From a virus (Duplodnaviria; Caudoviricetes): 64,000 nucleotides of DNA. Positions 47,273-56,675 of this stretch are shown one piece after another; the first letter of the stretch is position 1; every line of letters starts with the position of its first letter. The notes below the pieces were generated by a model. That model worked only from the letters and a program-made list of their open reading frames with translations. It made no database searches and was not told the origin of the DNA. The stretch lies in IMG/VR virus record IMGVR_UViG_3300009678_000059, positions 10,165 to 74,164 of that record. The stretch is one strand, 5' to 3'. The translations under genes and the position numbers were made by a program.

Positions 47273-47719
47273 TTATTTTTCTTCTTTAGGTTTCCCTGTT
47301 ATTTTACTTAGTTGATATTTTCTGCTGAGTTCTGGATTATTTTCCAATTCTCCATTGTGATGCAGGCAGCAGGCTTTTAAGAAGCGTTTGTCTATCACAA
47401 GCGGTGTATTGTTATTTCGGGCTTCTTCGTCGTAGAAACCTATCCTTCCTGCCGTGTGTTCTATTGTATTGGCGACATTTGTACAGCCGTCGATGAAACA
47501 TTTGAACTTTGCCTCGGTCAAGACTTCTATCCGTACCGATTCGTAAATCTTGTTGATCTCTTTGCGTTTTTCAGACACCTTGTTGATTGGCTTTAGAGAT
47601 TTCAGTTTCAGATTCGGAACATGGCCTTCCTTGAAACATTCCTGAGAACACCACTTGTCGGTTGTTTTGAAGATTTTGAATTCCTTTGAGCAGTTTTTAC
47701 ATTTTTTGGTGTCCTTCAT
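47273..47719 (-). CDS. zinc-finger/HNH-like (NinG-type) protein
   Basis: CKNC...WCSQEC; C.IDGC...A.TIEH..GR...CC..H. Confidence 0.55.
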   Translation of the reverse strand: MKDTKKCKNCSKEFKIFKTTDKWCSQECFKEGHVPNLKLKSLKPINKVSEKRKEINKIYESVRIEVLTEAKFKCFIDGCTNVANTIEHTAGRIGFYDEEARNNNTPLVIDKRFLKACCLHHNGELENNPELSRKYQLSKITGKPKEEK

Positions 47720-47721
47720 AA

Positions 47722-48324
47722 TTAGTCAAGTCCGAAATATAAGTCATTACTTAGCGTGTTTGTGTCCACATTTCTTAATGCTTCAATCATTTTTTGCTTG
47801 CTCTCTCTACATAGCCCAAAACCATAAGTTCTGTATCTGTATGACCGTTCAAAACTAGATGCTGGATACATTAAATCGCCGTCTATTACTAATTTATTAT
47901 TGGTTAAGTCCTCGAAAAATGTATCTACAAAAACATTGTAGTATAGTATTCCTTGTTCATCTGTTTTCCTAGCGTAAGCAAACCTAGTTATTGAGAAATC
48001 AAACATTGAAATTATCTCAATAGCTGTTCCGTAGGTGTGCCTGATAAGCTCTATTCTTACGTTTGTTTTCTTGTTTTTAAACGAAACTGTGTTGTCGTTC
48101 TCGTAAGAAAAAATATAGTCTTCATTTGTTTCAAAAAAAACCTTAGCATTTAAAAAATCGTTTTCGTTTTCGAAAAACATATCTAAATCTTTTATTTTCT
48201 GATTTTTAAATATGTTCTTAAAACAACCCCCAGCTATGAATCCAGCATGACCTTCCATGTAGTAGTCCAAGAACCTGACTTTATTGAAAGTTTCCTTTGG
48301 CTTTTCTTTAAACTCCATTGTCAA
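47722..48324 (-). CDS. nucleotidyltransferase (polyA polymerase/CCA-adding head-like)
   Basis: FIAGGC-x11-DLDMFF catalytic motif; IELI...I..FDF.I..FAY; R...Y..YGF. Confidence 0.75.
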   Translation of the reverse strand: MTMEFKEKPKETFNKVRFLDYYMEGHAGFIAGGCFKNIFKNQKIKDLDMFFENENDFLNAKVFFETNEDYIFSYENDNTVSFKNKKTNVRIELIRHTYGTAIEIISMFDFSITRFAYARKTDEQGILYYNVFVDTFFEDLTNNKLVIDGDLMYPASSFERSYRYRTYGFGLCRESKQKMIEALRNVDTNTLSNDLYFGLD

Positions 48325-48787
48325 TTCTTTTTAAAATCATGGCTTTTTGAAGTAAGAAGTAAACCAGAATATCATTGAACTTTTCCTCAACAATTTTCTC
48401 AGTCGGCAGCTTTCCGTCTTCAATATCGTTTATGATGTCGTTGTAGGAAATCAGGTGTTTAAGTAGGAATCCGTTTAGGACTCTTTCAGGAATCCTGCAC
48501 GTCATATTTGCTCCTGCTTCGAAATTGTGATAAGGATTGTTGTTTCTGCGGTATTCCTTTCCTTTGACTACCAAAAGTTCCCGTATTTCCGAAAGGGTAC
48601 GGTTAACTACTGTGTCGAATCTTTCTTCTGATGTAGGCTGAACCACTTCGTCCATGAAATGAGGCTTTCTGTCTGCCTCGAAATATCGTTCAAGTATGTC
48701 TCCGTTAAGATGGTCTGTACTCGTTGTAGTAATAAATTCCGGCTTGTTCACCTCGATGTTTTCCAGGTTTTTCTTTCTTCTTCCCAT
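48308..48787 (-). CDS. conserved phage protein, possibly nucleotide-modification associated
   Basis: LVVKGKEY...N.YHNF..GA...LLKHL.S...EKFNDILVY..L. Confidence 0.6.
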   Translation of the reverse strand: MGRRKKNLENIEVNKPEFITTTSTDHLNGDILERYFEADRKPHFMDEVVQPTSEERFDTVVNRTLSEIRELLVVKGKEYRRNNNPYHNFEAGANMTCRIPERVLNGFLLKHLISYNDIINDIEDGKLPTEKIVEEKFNDILVYFLLQKAMILKRIDNGV

Positions 48788-48791
48788 TGTT

Positions 48792-49442
48792 TTAGTTTTG
48801 ATTAAGTTGATTCAGTACGTATTCGCTCCATTGTGCGGCTATTGCTTTTGCTATACCTTCAAAGGTCTTTGAGCGGAGTTTTGCCCTTTCCGGACCAGGT
48901 GGCAGGTAATGTAATCTCTGCGCTTCGTTTTTAGGTAAGCTTTTCCAGATTTCCTTTACATTGTCGGTTTCCTGTAATTTAGGAAGTCCTTTCAACCAGA
49001 AACAGGTGGCTTTGCTTTCGGCGTGACCGAACATGTATGGCTGTATTAACTGACTGTATTTTTGCCCTATTATTTCTACTGCGTACTTATGAGGGATTGG
49101 ATTTTCCACAGCTATAAAAGGAACCGGAGCATCAAGCAGGGCTTTGAAAAAAGAAGCTCCTTCCTGCAGATTTTCCCATCTTTCAGTGTTTTTACTGCCG
49201 TCGGTCTTGTTGTACAGCCAGCATACTCCGCTGTTGGTAAGGTATGTGCATGTTGGGTGAGCAATCATTAAATCCCATCCGTCATTCAATATCTTTAAAA
49301 CATCTCCCTTTATGTGCCATTCCGGATGGCCGCCGCTGCAATCCTGAAGGTCACAACTGTAGGCTGTATGACCCAGTTCCCTAAAGGCTTTAGTTACCGC
49401 CTGGCTTTCCTCGCATGCAACTAAAATTCTTAATCTTTTCAT
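48792..49442 (-). CDS. DNA cytosine methyltransferase-like protein
   Basis: LVACEESQAV..AF...GH.AYSCDL, WDLMIAHPTCTYL, AVENP, QP..FGH...KATC.WLKGLP.L, RSKTF.GIA.A.A.QW. Confidence 0.8.
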   Translation of the reverse strand: MKRLRILVACEESQAVTKAFRELGHTAYSCDLQDCSGGHPEWHIKGDVLKILNDGWDLMIAHPTCTYLTNSGVCWLYNKTDGSKNTERWENLQEGASFFKALLDAPVPFIAVENPIPHKYAVEIIGQKYSQLIQPYMFGHAESKATCFWLKGLPKLQETDNVKEIWKSLPKNEAQRLHYLPPGPERAKLRSKTFEGIAKAIAAQWSEYVLNQLNQN

Positions 49443-49446
49443 TTAT

Positions 49447-49875
49447 TTAATTTTGTTTTACAAGCACTGTTTCAAGGATGCCAAATCTACCGATTCTTTT
49501 AACGTATTTGTATCCTTCGGCAATCTTTTTTATTTCCATTTCCCTGTAGACTTCCTGGGCGGATTTTGCGTTTTCAAGTCTTTCTTTTTGGAGTTCAAAC
49601 TTGGTGTTTGCTGTTGATTTAACTTCTTTTTTTATCACTCTGATTGGTAGTTCTTTTGGTTTTTTTTCCTTTATGACTTTTGGCGGTTTTGGCTTTGGAA
49701 CCGGTCCTGTCTTTGATGTTTTTGTGATTCCTGCCCGTTTGAGAATGTTGCGGACATGAGTGTAGCCCATGTTGTGTTTTGTACACAATGACCTGATCGA
49801 CAGTTCTGATGAGAGGATGTCGGCGATAATTTCCGGAGTGGGAGTTATCGTGCTTGCGGAATATCCTTTCGGCAT
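49447..49875 (-). CDS. HTH-containing hypothetical protein
   Basis: LSIRSLCTKHNMGYTHVRNILKRAGI. Confidence 0.6.
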   Translation of the reverse strand: MPKGYSASTITPTPEIIADILSSELSIRSLCTKHNMGYTHVRNILKRAGITKTSKTGPVPKPKPPKVIKEKKPKELPIRVIKKEVKSTANTKFELQKERLENAKSAQEVYREMEIKKIAEGYKYVKRIGRFGILETVLVKQN

Positions 49876-49995
49876 TTATAAAGCGTTTTCGTTTATGATT
49901 CCCCAAAGGCTGATGAGTCCGTTTGCCATCATGGTGAGTATGCCGAGGGATATTATCCAGGCGACTATCTCGATTGTTTTTCTATTTCTCTCCAT
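49876..49995 (-). CDS. small membrane peptide (39 aa, not in ORF track)
   Basis: MERNRKTIEIVAWIISLGILTMMANGLISLWGIINENAL; fills the gap and abuts the next ATG. Confidence 0.55.
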   Translation of the reverse strand: MERNRKTIEIVAWIISLGILTMMANGLISLWGIINENAL

Positions 49996-50437
49996 TTTCG
50001 ATAACTGTTCCGTCCATTAATACTACTGTTTCTGCGGTCATTAATTTGCTTGCGTCTTGATTTTCCATGGTTGTTTGGTTTTGGTTGTTTATGGTTAATT
50101 CGGTATTTGTCAATGCGAAATATAGGTTTTGAAGTTGGTGGACTTCAAATACCGTTGCGATACATATTATTACATCATTTACATAATATCTAAAAGCGTT
50201 ATCATGTGTTGAGTAAGTATAATACCAATCAAAAATACTTGGTTTTATTTTAAACCTATGATGATCTATTTTATTAAACCCAAACTTCAAAAGCCATTCT
50301 TCTGTTAGCGGTATTGGTTTAATTTGATTGTGTTCTTCTCTGATTGCATAATTCAATGCTTCCCATCCTACCGTGTTTACATGTCCTTTTGTGTCATAAA
50401 CATAATTTCCTAACCTTAATTCATTTGCTCTTACCAT
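49982..50437 (-). CDS. YopX-like hypothetical protein
   Basis: ANELRLGNYV...IKPIPLTEEWLLKFGF...VHQLQNLYFALT..EL. Confidence 0.7.
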   Translation of the reverse strand: MVRANELRLGNYVYDTKGHVNTVGWEALNYAIREEHNQIKPIPLTEEWLLKFGFNKIDHHRFKIKPSIFDWYYTYSTHDNAFRYYVNDVIICIATVFEVHQLQNLYFALTNTELTINNQNQTTMENQDASKLMTAETVVLMDGTVIENGEK

Positions 50438-50440
50438 GGT

Positions 50441-50656
50441 TTATCTTATTAAAATTGGTTGTCCCGGTTTGTAGTCTGAGTTGCTGTATATCCTGAGCTT
50501 GATTCCGTCCTGGTAGCAGTCGTAAAAAAACTTGTAGTAATAGTTTTTGCGTATCGTGTGTTTTTCGTGAACAATGATTATTCCGTCTGATATATTTCGG
50601 GTAGCACAGGATGTGAGTAAAACTGTAATAGCAATAAGTGTAAAAATTTTCTTCAT
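50441..50656 (-). CDS. small lipoprotein
   Basis: MKKIFTLIAITVLLTSC signal peptide/lipobox. Confidence 0.7.
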   Translation of the reverse strand: MKKIFTLIAITVLLTSCATRNISDGIIIVHEKHTIRKNYYYKFFYDCYQDGIKLRIYSNSDYKPGQPILIR

Positions 50657-50670
50657 GGTTGGGTTTTGGT

Positions 50671-50901
50671 TTATTTAATATTTTCTAGTGGATAGGCGTT
50701 GAGGATTGATTGAGTAGTAGTAAAATCATCATCATAACCCTCACCATAAACAACCTTTTCACTCGCTTGTTTTAATGCCTCTTGAGTATGAATAGATATA
50801 ATATCTCTTATCTCATGAATGGTTACATTATTCCATATCTCTGAACTTGATATATCTCTTTTGCATCCGTTTTCCATTAAAAACTCCTCTATGGTTATCA
50901 T
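50671..50901 (-). CDS. hypothetical protein
   Basis: HTQEALKQASE...SILNAYPLENIK motif. Confidence 0.65.
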   Translation of the reverse strand: MITIEEFLMENGCKRDISSSEIWNNVTIHEIRDIISIHTQEALKQASEKVVYGEGYDDDFTTTQSILNAYPLENIK

Positions 50902-50907
50902 AATTAT

Positions 50908-51183
50908 TTATTTTAGTCTTGTTATTATTTTTCCTGCTGTCCTGAAAGTTTTCTCAGGTATCAGTTGTTTCGATTTGTGGTATGCGACATCAAATGAGCG
51001 AATTACGAAGTAATCGACATCCATTCGCCACAGCTTCCTGATGAGCGATATTTTGTCCAACTCATCGCCTACTTCAAGTGTTTCTAATTCTGTCAGTACC
51101 TTGTTTACCAAAGTCACTTTTCGTGGTTTTTTGTCTTCCATTCTGGCGATTTTCTGCTGTACTGCGTAAAATTCTCTGTCCAT
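50908..51183 (-). CDS. hypothetical protein
   Basis: 91-aa ORF in operon. Confidence 0.6.
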   Translation of the reverse strand: MDREFYAVQQKIARMEDKKPRKVTLVNKVLTELETLEVGDELDKISLIRKLWRMDVDYFVIRSFDVAYHKSKQLIPEKTFRTAGKIITRLK

Positions 51184-51203
51184 GGTTTTTGGTTTTGGGT
51201 TAT

Positions 51204-52043
51204 TTAATTAATAGCTTTTTTAAATGTTTCAAAGTCTTCCAAATGGTCTTTCAGGTATTCATTTACACACCTAGACCAGCATCTTTTTCTTACAATTTCA
51301 ACAGGTTTTAGACTGGTTATCTTGGCGGTTAAATCCTGCAATATCTGCCTGCCTTCATGAAAACCCTTTATATTGGCTAATTCTCTTTGCTCGACAGCAT
51401 ATTTGTTTTTTTCCTCAGAGTAAATATCCTTTTTTCGCTCGTCGGTTATCGAAATCATTCCAAGAGCCTCCAGTCTTTTGAATTCCATCCAGGTGCTTGG
51501 TTCGTTACCTGCTTTTAAATCATCGTAAACGGACTTCAGGTATTCATTTCTTATTTTATCCTTGTCACCATCTGTTACCACGACTTCCTGTTTTGGAGCC
51601 GAAATGTTGTTGGCTTTTTTCTGGTTAATTTTCCAGTTTTTATACTTTTTCAAGATTTCAGAAACATATTGGCTGTCGAAAAGCTGAAAATGCTCTGTTT
51701 TGACGTCGTAGACACAGTTTCTTTCTAATTCGAAGGCTTTGTATATCTCCTCAATAGATAGGTCTTTAAAATAACCTAGAATCGTTTTCATTAAATCAGC
51801 TTTTACGTCGTAGCTGATTTCATCTTTGATTCCGGCTAATCTCGCAGCCTTGAAAAGCATTTCTCCGATTGTGTTTTTTAAATCTGAATCCTGCTGAAAA
51901 TCCCTGACTTTTATAAAACCGTATGTTTTTTTTACAAATGATACATCTGAAATGTTGGATACATCACTAAACTTCAATATCCCCCCAGCCTGTTGCGTTT
52001 TTGTAAGCGACACTAATTGGCATCCTTCCGACTTTTGGTTCAT
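51204..52043 (-). CDS. putative helicase loader / replication accessory protein
   Basis: Overlaps the initiator 3' end as lambda P does; [12 protein letters not shown]...[14 protein letters not shown]. Confidence 0.5.
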   Translation of the reverse strand: MNQKSEGCQLVSLTKTQQAGGILKFSDVSNISDVSFVKKTYGFIKVRDFQQDSDLKNTIGEMLFKAARLAGIKDEISYDVKADLMKTILGYFKDLSIEEIYKAFELERNCVYDVKTEHFQLFDSQYVSEILKKYKNWKINQKKANNISAPKQEVVVTDGDKDKIRNEYLKSVYDDLKAGNEPSTWMEFKRLEALGMISITDERKKDIYSEEKNKYAVEQRELANIKGFHEGRQILQDLTAKITSLKPVEIVRKRCWSRCVNEYLKDHLEDFETFKKAIN

Positions 52044-52692
52044 CTTTTAAATTTTTATTGTTATTGTTATCAGTTTCGTTTTTTAGCCAATTCCCAGCAG
52101 TTAGATATAAGGATTTGTAAGAAGTGTTCTTTTTATAATTTTCAATTTTATCTAACACTGAATTAATTTGTTCAACAGGGTATTTTTCTTTTAATTTTTC
52201 AACTTCTTCAAAAGTGATTTTTAAATGGTCAAATTCCCTGTAAAAAATCTCAGCTTTATTTTTATTATTATCTTCTTTACATTCTTCTAATTCTTTACAT
52301 TCTTTAATTGGTTTCACTTGCGTTTCACTTGCGTTTCGTTTGCGTTTCACTTGCGTTTCACTTGCGTTTCGCACATCCTGATAATCGTCGTATTTACAGA
52401 TAGTTAACCGTGTCGTAACCGTTTCATTTTTTAACAGGACCATTTCGTCCTTTTGTAATAAATCTAAAAAACGCTTTGCTTTGCTTTTATTGGTGTTCCA
52501 TCGTTTTGCCCAGGTATCCAAAGAGTACAGTTTTTCTCCTCGTTTACAGGTAAATAAAACACCTTTAATCAAGACCTTCTGCTCCTCATGATTGGCTTCT
52601 ATTATAATATCTAACCACCATTTCAAATAGTCAGTGTTTTCCCAAATCCAATGATGAACTAACTGTCGGTGAACTTTGATCCAGCCGGACAT
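51967..52692 (-). CDS. lambda-O-like replication initiator
   Basis: [15 protein letters not shown]...YLKWW.D.I..ANH wHTH N-terminus, ...[11 protein letters not shown], internal iterons, small C-terminal domain. Confidence 0.85.
   Translation of the reverse strand: MSGWIKVHRQLVHHWIWENTDYLKWWLDIIIEANHEEQKVLIKGVLFTCKRGEKLYSLDTWAKRWNTNKSKAKRFLDLLQKDEMVLLKNETVTTRLTICKYDDYQDVRNASETQVKRKRNASETQVKPIKECKELEECKEDNNKNKAEIFYREFDHLKITFEEVEKLKEKYPVEQINSVLDKIENYKKNTSYKSLYLTAGNWLKNETDNNNNKNLKDEPKVGRMPISVAYKNATGWGDIEV
52311..52370. repeat. tandem 11-bp iterons (putative replication origin)
   Basis: GTTTCACTTGC x2, GTTTCGTTTGC, GTTTCACTTGC x2, partial GTTTC; adjacent AT-rich tract 52200-52310. Confidence 0.85.
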
Positions 52693-52913
52693 TATGATTC
52701 ATATTCTAAGTATCCGATAAACTTTTTAAGATGCCTAACCAGTAATATGGCGGAGTGCTTGTCGAGGTGTACTTTTTTAGTGTCGAAAGGATTCTCGTTA
52801 CCTTGTTTTTCGATTTCAATAAGCAGTTCGTTATTGTCAGCAAGGTGTACTTGTAATTCTGTATTTGTTTTTGAACTATATGTTGAGCAAAAAATTGTCT
52901 TTACATTTCCCAT
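52692..52913 (-). CDS. hypothetical protein
   Basis: [11 protein letters not shown]...[10 protein letters not shown]...LK..I; coupled to the initiator. Confidence 0.65.
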   Translation of the reverse strand: MGNVKTIFCSTYSSKTNTELQVHLADNNELLIEIEKQGNENPFDTKKVHLDKHSAILLVRHLKKFIGYLEYES

Positions 52914-52954
52914 ATTGTTGTTTGGTTTAAGGATTACCAGCAACCGTTAATTAA

Positions 52955-53632
52955 TTAAAGTTTAATGATATTGTTGCCTCTTTTTTTGTAGTTCAGGATA
53001 TTCTCGAAAGCAGTAAGATAATCTGTGGTTTTGGCGCATCTTGGAAGTCTCAGGATATTCTGCTGGATAACTTCAAGCTGTTTTGCAGATGCTTTTTTAT
53101 GCAGGGAGATTACAGCTGAAATGAAATCCTTTGTCTTGTAGAACGAAATCTGATTCAGTGATAAGATGTATTCGGCGATTTCCTCGGCGTGTGCATACGG
53201 TTCAAAAACTTTCCCGCTGCGTAATGCAGATGATTTTAAAGCTGTTCCTGTAAAAATCGCGATGCTTGCAGAAGTTCCGAACTGATACTTTTCTTCAAAT
53301 TTCAAAAGCCTTCTGTAGCAGTCAATGTTCTGATCCGAATAACTCTTGATGTAGTCAATAACTTTCCATTGGCTCTGGCTTGAATTAAGGGCCATTGTTT
53401 TGGCGATTACGTCACCGGTGATAACTTCGTAGCTGATTGGTAAATCAAGGTTTCTAAGGGCTGTAAATCTGTGTTGACCGTCGATGATGTTGAAGAAGTT
53501 GTCTATTAAGATTGGTCTTCCTGGAATCACTCCCCACTCTTTGATTGAAGCCTCTATTTTTTTTACTGTTGCAGGTGTGATAACTCTGTTTTCCTTTAGG
53601 AATTTAAACTTGTTGTACTCTTTGGTCTCCAT
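52955..53632 (-). CDS. ParB/Srx-domain protein
   Basis: F...KENR...V.KI..SI...G...PI.ID....IIDGQHR..AL..L.LPI.Y. Confidence 0.8.
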   Translation of the reverse strand: METKEYNKFKFLKENRVITPATVKKIEASIKEWGVIPGRPILIDNFFNIIDGQHRFTALRNLDLPISYEVITGDVIAKTMALNSSQSQWKVIDYIKSYSDQNIDCYRRLLKFEEKYQFGTSASIAIFTGTALKSSALRSGKVFEPYAHAEEIAEYILSLNQISFYKTKDFISAVISLHKKASAKQLEVIQQNILRLPRCAKTTDYLTAFENILNYKKRGNNIIKL

Positions 53633-53653
53633 GGTATGTGTGTGTTTTGAATT

Positions 53654-53815
53654 TTAATTTGATAATTTTTCTATTGCTTCTATTTCTGATTTTTTCCATC
53701 TTCCATTTTCAAGTCTCGAAGTGAGTGTCCTGAAATTCATTCCCAGCATTTCTGCAACTTTTAATCTTCCTTGTTTGCCTATAAGGATATAAACCTTGTC
53801 TTCTAATTCTTTCAT
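53654..53815 (-). CDS. small HTH (Cro-like) regulator
   Basis: 53 aa from ATG 53815: GRLKVAEMLGMNFRTLTSRLENGRWKKSE. Confidence 0.65.
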   Translation of the reverse strand: MKELEDKVYILIGKQGRLKVAEMLGMNFRTLTSRLENGRWKKSEIEAIEKLSN

Positions 53816-53838
53816 CGTGTATTTGTTTGTTGTGGTAG

Positions 53839-53846
53839 CAAATGTA
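53839..53846 (-). promoter_or_regulatory. -7 box (TACATTTG) for the Cro-like/replication operon
   Basis: TAnnTTTG 23 nt before ATG 53815. Confidence 0.7.
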
Positions 53847-54012
53847 GAACTATTTCTTTGATTTCCTACAATAAAAATACAAAATTTTCTGAAAAAAATA
53901 CACAAAAACTGCAACTCACTGAGTTTAGGTGTATTACGTCGATAAGAATTTTAAACAAATGTTAATCATGTTGGATTTGTCGCTGAGAATTCGTATAATA
54001 AGATAACGACAT

Positions 54013-54045
54013 AAAAAAAAACGGGAACCTTTCGGAACCCGTTTG
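54013..54045 (-). terminator. intrinsic terminator after ssb
   Basis: Minus strand ACGGGTTCC-GAAA-GGTTCCCGT-TTTTTTTT. Confidence 0.75.
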
Positions 54046-54066
54046 TTTGTTTTTGTAAGAAATATC

Positions 54067-54471
54067 TTAAAACGGAAGATCATCTTCTGGCATATCTGAA
54101 CTATAATTATCTGCCGGTTGTTGCTGTGGAGCCGGAGCTGAATTTGAGTTATCGCCCTTGCTTCCTAATAGCTGAATATCAAAAGCGGTGATACCGTTAT
54201 CTACTTTTGCAGTACCGTCAGCAGCCAAATAAGCTCTGTTATTTGGTTTACCTGAAACATAAATCATGTCTCCTTTTTTGATGTACTGAGCTATGTTTGT
54301 ATTGTTTCCCCATTTTGACACGGTGATCCAGGTTGTTGTCTCCTGTTGCTGCCCATCTTTGTCTTTGAATTTCTCAGAAACTGCAACCGTGAAGTTAATC
54401 ACCTGGTTGGTTCCGAATTCTTTTACTTCTGCGTCTTTTCCTACTCGCCCGATGGCTTCAAATCTTATCAT
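54067..54471 (-). CDS. ssb: single-stranded DNA-binding protein
   Basis: IGRVGKDAE, FTVAVSE..KD..G..QE.TTW, KKGD.IYVSG; acidic C-terminus DDLPF. Confidence 0.95.
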   Translation of the reverse strand: MIRFEAIGRVGKDAEVKEFGTNQVINFTVAVSEKFKDKDGQQQETTTWITVSKWGNNTNIAQYIKKGDMIYVSGKPNNRAYLAADGTAKVDNGITAFDIQLLGSKGDNSNSAPAPQQQPADNYSSDMPEDDLPF

Positions 54472-54481
54472 GTTGTTTAAT

Positions 54482-55309
54482 TTAAATTTGGTTTAACTTT
54501 ATTTTATTGTAATATTCTATTGCAGGCTCAATCTTATCAAGCAATGCCTGTTCTTTGACTGGACAGCGTGTTATTTTGAAAGTCTTAACACGTTCTTCCG
54601 GAGTGTATGCGGGATTGTCTGAGAATATCAGATTTCGCCTAAGCTGATCGAACAAAGGCTTTACTGCTTCGTCCTCGATGTCGATGATTCCGTACTTGTT
54701 TTTCAGCTTCCAGACTTCGTTTTCATAAAGGTGGTCCGGACAGTCGGTTAACGTGTAATGCAGGTGAAATTCATCTGCGTCGTAAAGATACATATAAGTT
54801 CGGCCTTGCCATTCATACGTGGAGTTTAAGTCGCCACCCATGAATGTTTCAGGACTCCAGCTTGACTTGATGTCCTTGATGATTTTGGAACCGTTTTTCT
54901 TGGTCACGATGTCTGCCTCTCCGGTGATGTTTCCGATAGTTTTACGCTCGTCATTCTTGATGTAGAACGAATCTTCAATCTTGGATAAAAGCCCGATTCC
55001 CTGATCCTCTCCGTAAAGCCCCTTGTGAACGTATTTGTTTTCAAGTTGGTTGTAGTAGCCTTTCTGGTTAAGTAGCCACATTTTCTCAATAAACCTTTTT
55101 GCAGTATCTGACAACTCAGGCGGCGCATCTCTGCGTCTTGTGAAATCCTCGAATTCCTTTTGTTGGTTTGGAGTTAAAGCCTTGCCTCCGGAAGCGATTC
55201 TTTCTTCATAACCTTTAAGAGTTTCTGATTGTTTTTCAGAAAGTGTTGTGCCTCTGCCTTCGGTCATTAATGCCGCTATCCCGGATGCCCTGAATAAAAT
55301 GTTTGCCAT
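54482..55309 (-). CDS. lambda-exonuclease/YqaJ-like exonuclease
   Basis: FRAS...LM, KG...E..GI, KNDER, ITGEADI, IKDIKSSWS...F, YEWQ...YM.L. Confidence 0.85.
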   Translation of the reverse strand: MANILFRASGIAALMTEGRGTTLSEKQSETLKGYEERIASGGKALTPNQQKEFEDFTRRRDAPPELSDTAKRFIEKMWLLNQKGYYNQLENKYVHKGLYGEDQGIGLLSKIEDSFYIKNDERKTIGNITGEADIVTKKNGSKIIKDIKSSWSPETFMGGDLNSTYEWQGRTYMYLYDADEFHLHYTLTDCPDHLYENEVWKLKNKYGIIDIEDEAVKPLFDQLRRNLIFSDNPAYTPEERVKTFKITRCPVKEQALLDKIEPAIEYYNKIKLNQI

Positions 55310-55312
55310 AAA

Positions 55313-56296
55313 TTATTTCTTTTTAGATTTCGTCAATTCTCTTTTCTTGTCGTCGAACATCACGATTAACTCATGATCCTCAGCACCGATTCCTGCTTCA
55401 CATTCCTCCAGTTTTTCTAAAGTAGTGGAGTTGGTGATATGCTCGATTACACGTTCACGCATACTACTGTTATTTACATCGGTAATATCAAGTACCGTTG
55501 TCTGATTGTCGGCATATTCCACCTCAATATCAACTGTTTCCTGATTGGTGAAGTTGTCGTTCTTGATAACGGCCTGATCTGAAACCATTGCTTTTTGCAT
55601 GGAAGTTGAAAGCGGGGCATTTTTGGCAAGATGCAGTTTTATGATAGTCTTGGATGCCATTTTCCCGAATTCGTCTTTCCATAGTCCGGTTCCGAATTTC
55701 TTGAATGTCATGGAATATTTCTTGGCGTGTTCCATCATTTGTTCTGAGGTCATGTACATTGTTGACTCAAAACCATTTACTAATTTGAAGTAGCAAACAT
55801 ATCCTACTACCGGCTTAGACAGTCTTTCCTTGTCGTCCTGAATCCAGTTGAATTTGATTTCTCCCGTAAGCCTGTTTACGGTTTCGATTTCTCCTTCTCT
55901 TACGTCTGAGTCGTTGATTGTAAGGAATTGCCCTGAACGCATTGCCAGTTGCTTTATTCCTTTAGCCGACAACTGGAACTGAACCATATCTTTATATGAT
56001 CCGTCTGCCTGACGTGTTTTGAACGGAACCAGGTAAGCGTGTCCGATGCTTGGATTGATTGGCAAATCAAGTGTTGCGGCCATCAAAGCCGCGGTATAGA
56101 GCGAGTTTTGGTCAGCCTTGCCTAATGCTCCATTGGAGTTGACTACCGAAAGTATTGAAGTCACGAAAGAAACTCCTTTGTCCTTGTCTCCTAATACTTC
56201 GGCGAACTTGCTTTTTATAGCGTCCGAATTCAAAAAGTTTGAAAGCGATTTTACTCCTACTACCGGAGTATTATTTTGAGTCTGTAAGTTTGACAT
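55313..56296 (-). CDS. recT: RecT single-strand annealing protein
   Basis: SL..AA..AA.LDLPINPSIGHAYLVPF, QFQ...KG..QLA.RSGQ, GY..YF.L.NGF....YM...QM..HA.KYS..F, W..EF..MA.KT..K. Confidence 0.9.
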   Translation of the reverse strand: MSNLQTQNNTPVVGVKSLSNFLNSDAIKSKFAEVLGDKDKGVSFVTSILSVVNSNGALGKADQNSLYTAALMAATLDLPINPSIGHAYLVPFKTRQADGSYKDMVQFQLSAKGIKQLAMRSGQFLTINDSDVREGEIETVNRLTGEIKFNWIQDDKERLSKPVVGYVCYFKLVNGFESTMYMTSEQMMEHAKKYSMTFKKFGTGLWKDEFGKMASKTIIKLHLAKNAPLSTSMQKAMVSDQAVIKNDNFTNQETVDIEVEYADNQTTVLDITDVNNSSMRERVIEHITNSTTLEKLEECEAGIGAEDHELIVMFDDKKRELTKSKKK

Positions 56297-56314
56297 AATA
56301 TTTTGATTTAGATT

Positions 56315-56392
56315 TTATTTTAATACTACGATCACCATTATTGCAAAAGCAGCGGTGAAGCATATAGCGATTGTGATTAATTCTTTTTTCAT
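56315..56392 (-). CDS. small membrane peptide (25 aa, not in ORF track)
   Basis: MKKELITIAICFTAAFAIMVIVVLK; TAATG coupling to the upstream gene. Confidence 0.5.
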   Translation of the reverse strand: MKKELITIAICFTAAFAIMVIVVLK

Positions 56393-56664
56393 TACATTCC
56401 CAGTGCTAGTTCTTCGAGACGGATTGATACTTTGTTATACGCTTCAAGGAATTCTGATTCTGTACACTCCACATGGTCCGACATAAAAGCAATAGTCGCA
56501 TTGTTTACTGCTATTGATGGATTAAAAGATGTATCTGTTACACAGATGCATTCTTTATCATTGTACACTTTGAAGAAATGACAAATACTTTTTTTAAATA
56601 CTGGTAAAGTTATTTCTACTTCTCTTGATACGGTTTCGTGTACTTGAATTTTAATTGTTTCCAT
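56392..56664 (-). CDS. hypothetical protein
   Basis: 90-aa ORF. Confidence 0.65.
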   Translation of the reverse strand: METIKIQVHETVSREVEITLPVFKKSICHFFKVYNDKECICVTDTSFNPSIAVNNATIAFMSDHVECTESEFLEAYNKVSIRLEELALGM

Positions 56665-56675
56665 GGTAATTTGAT

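Noticed and set aside
50040-50100. Programmed read-through fusion at the end of the YopX-like gene
   Set aside because: The NNQNQTT-M segment looks like a former intergenic spacer that lost a stop codon; nothing suggests regulation.
1693-56000. Many ORF-track entries antisense to or nested in long genes (e.g. 1693-1956, 12057-12467, 18272-18790, 29582-30502, 40694-41131, 43128-43505)
   Set aside because: These are shadow ORFs of well-supported genes, with no recognisable motifs or start contexts.
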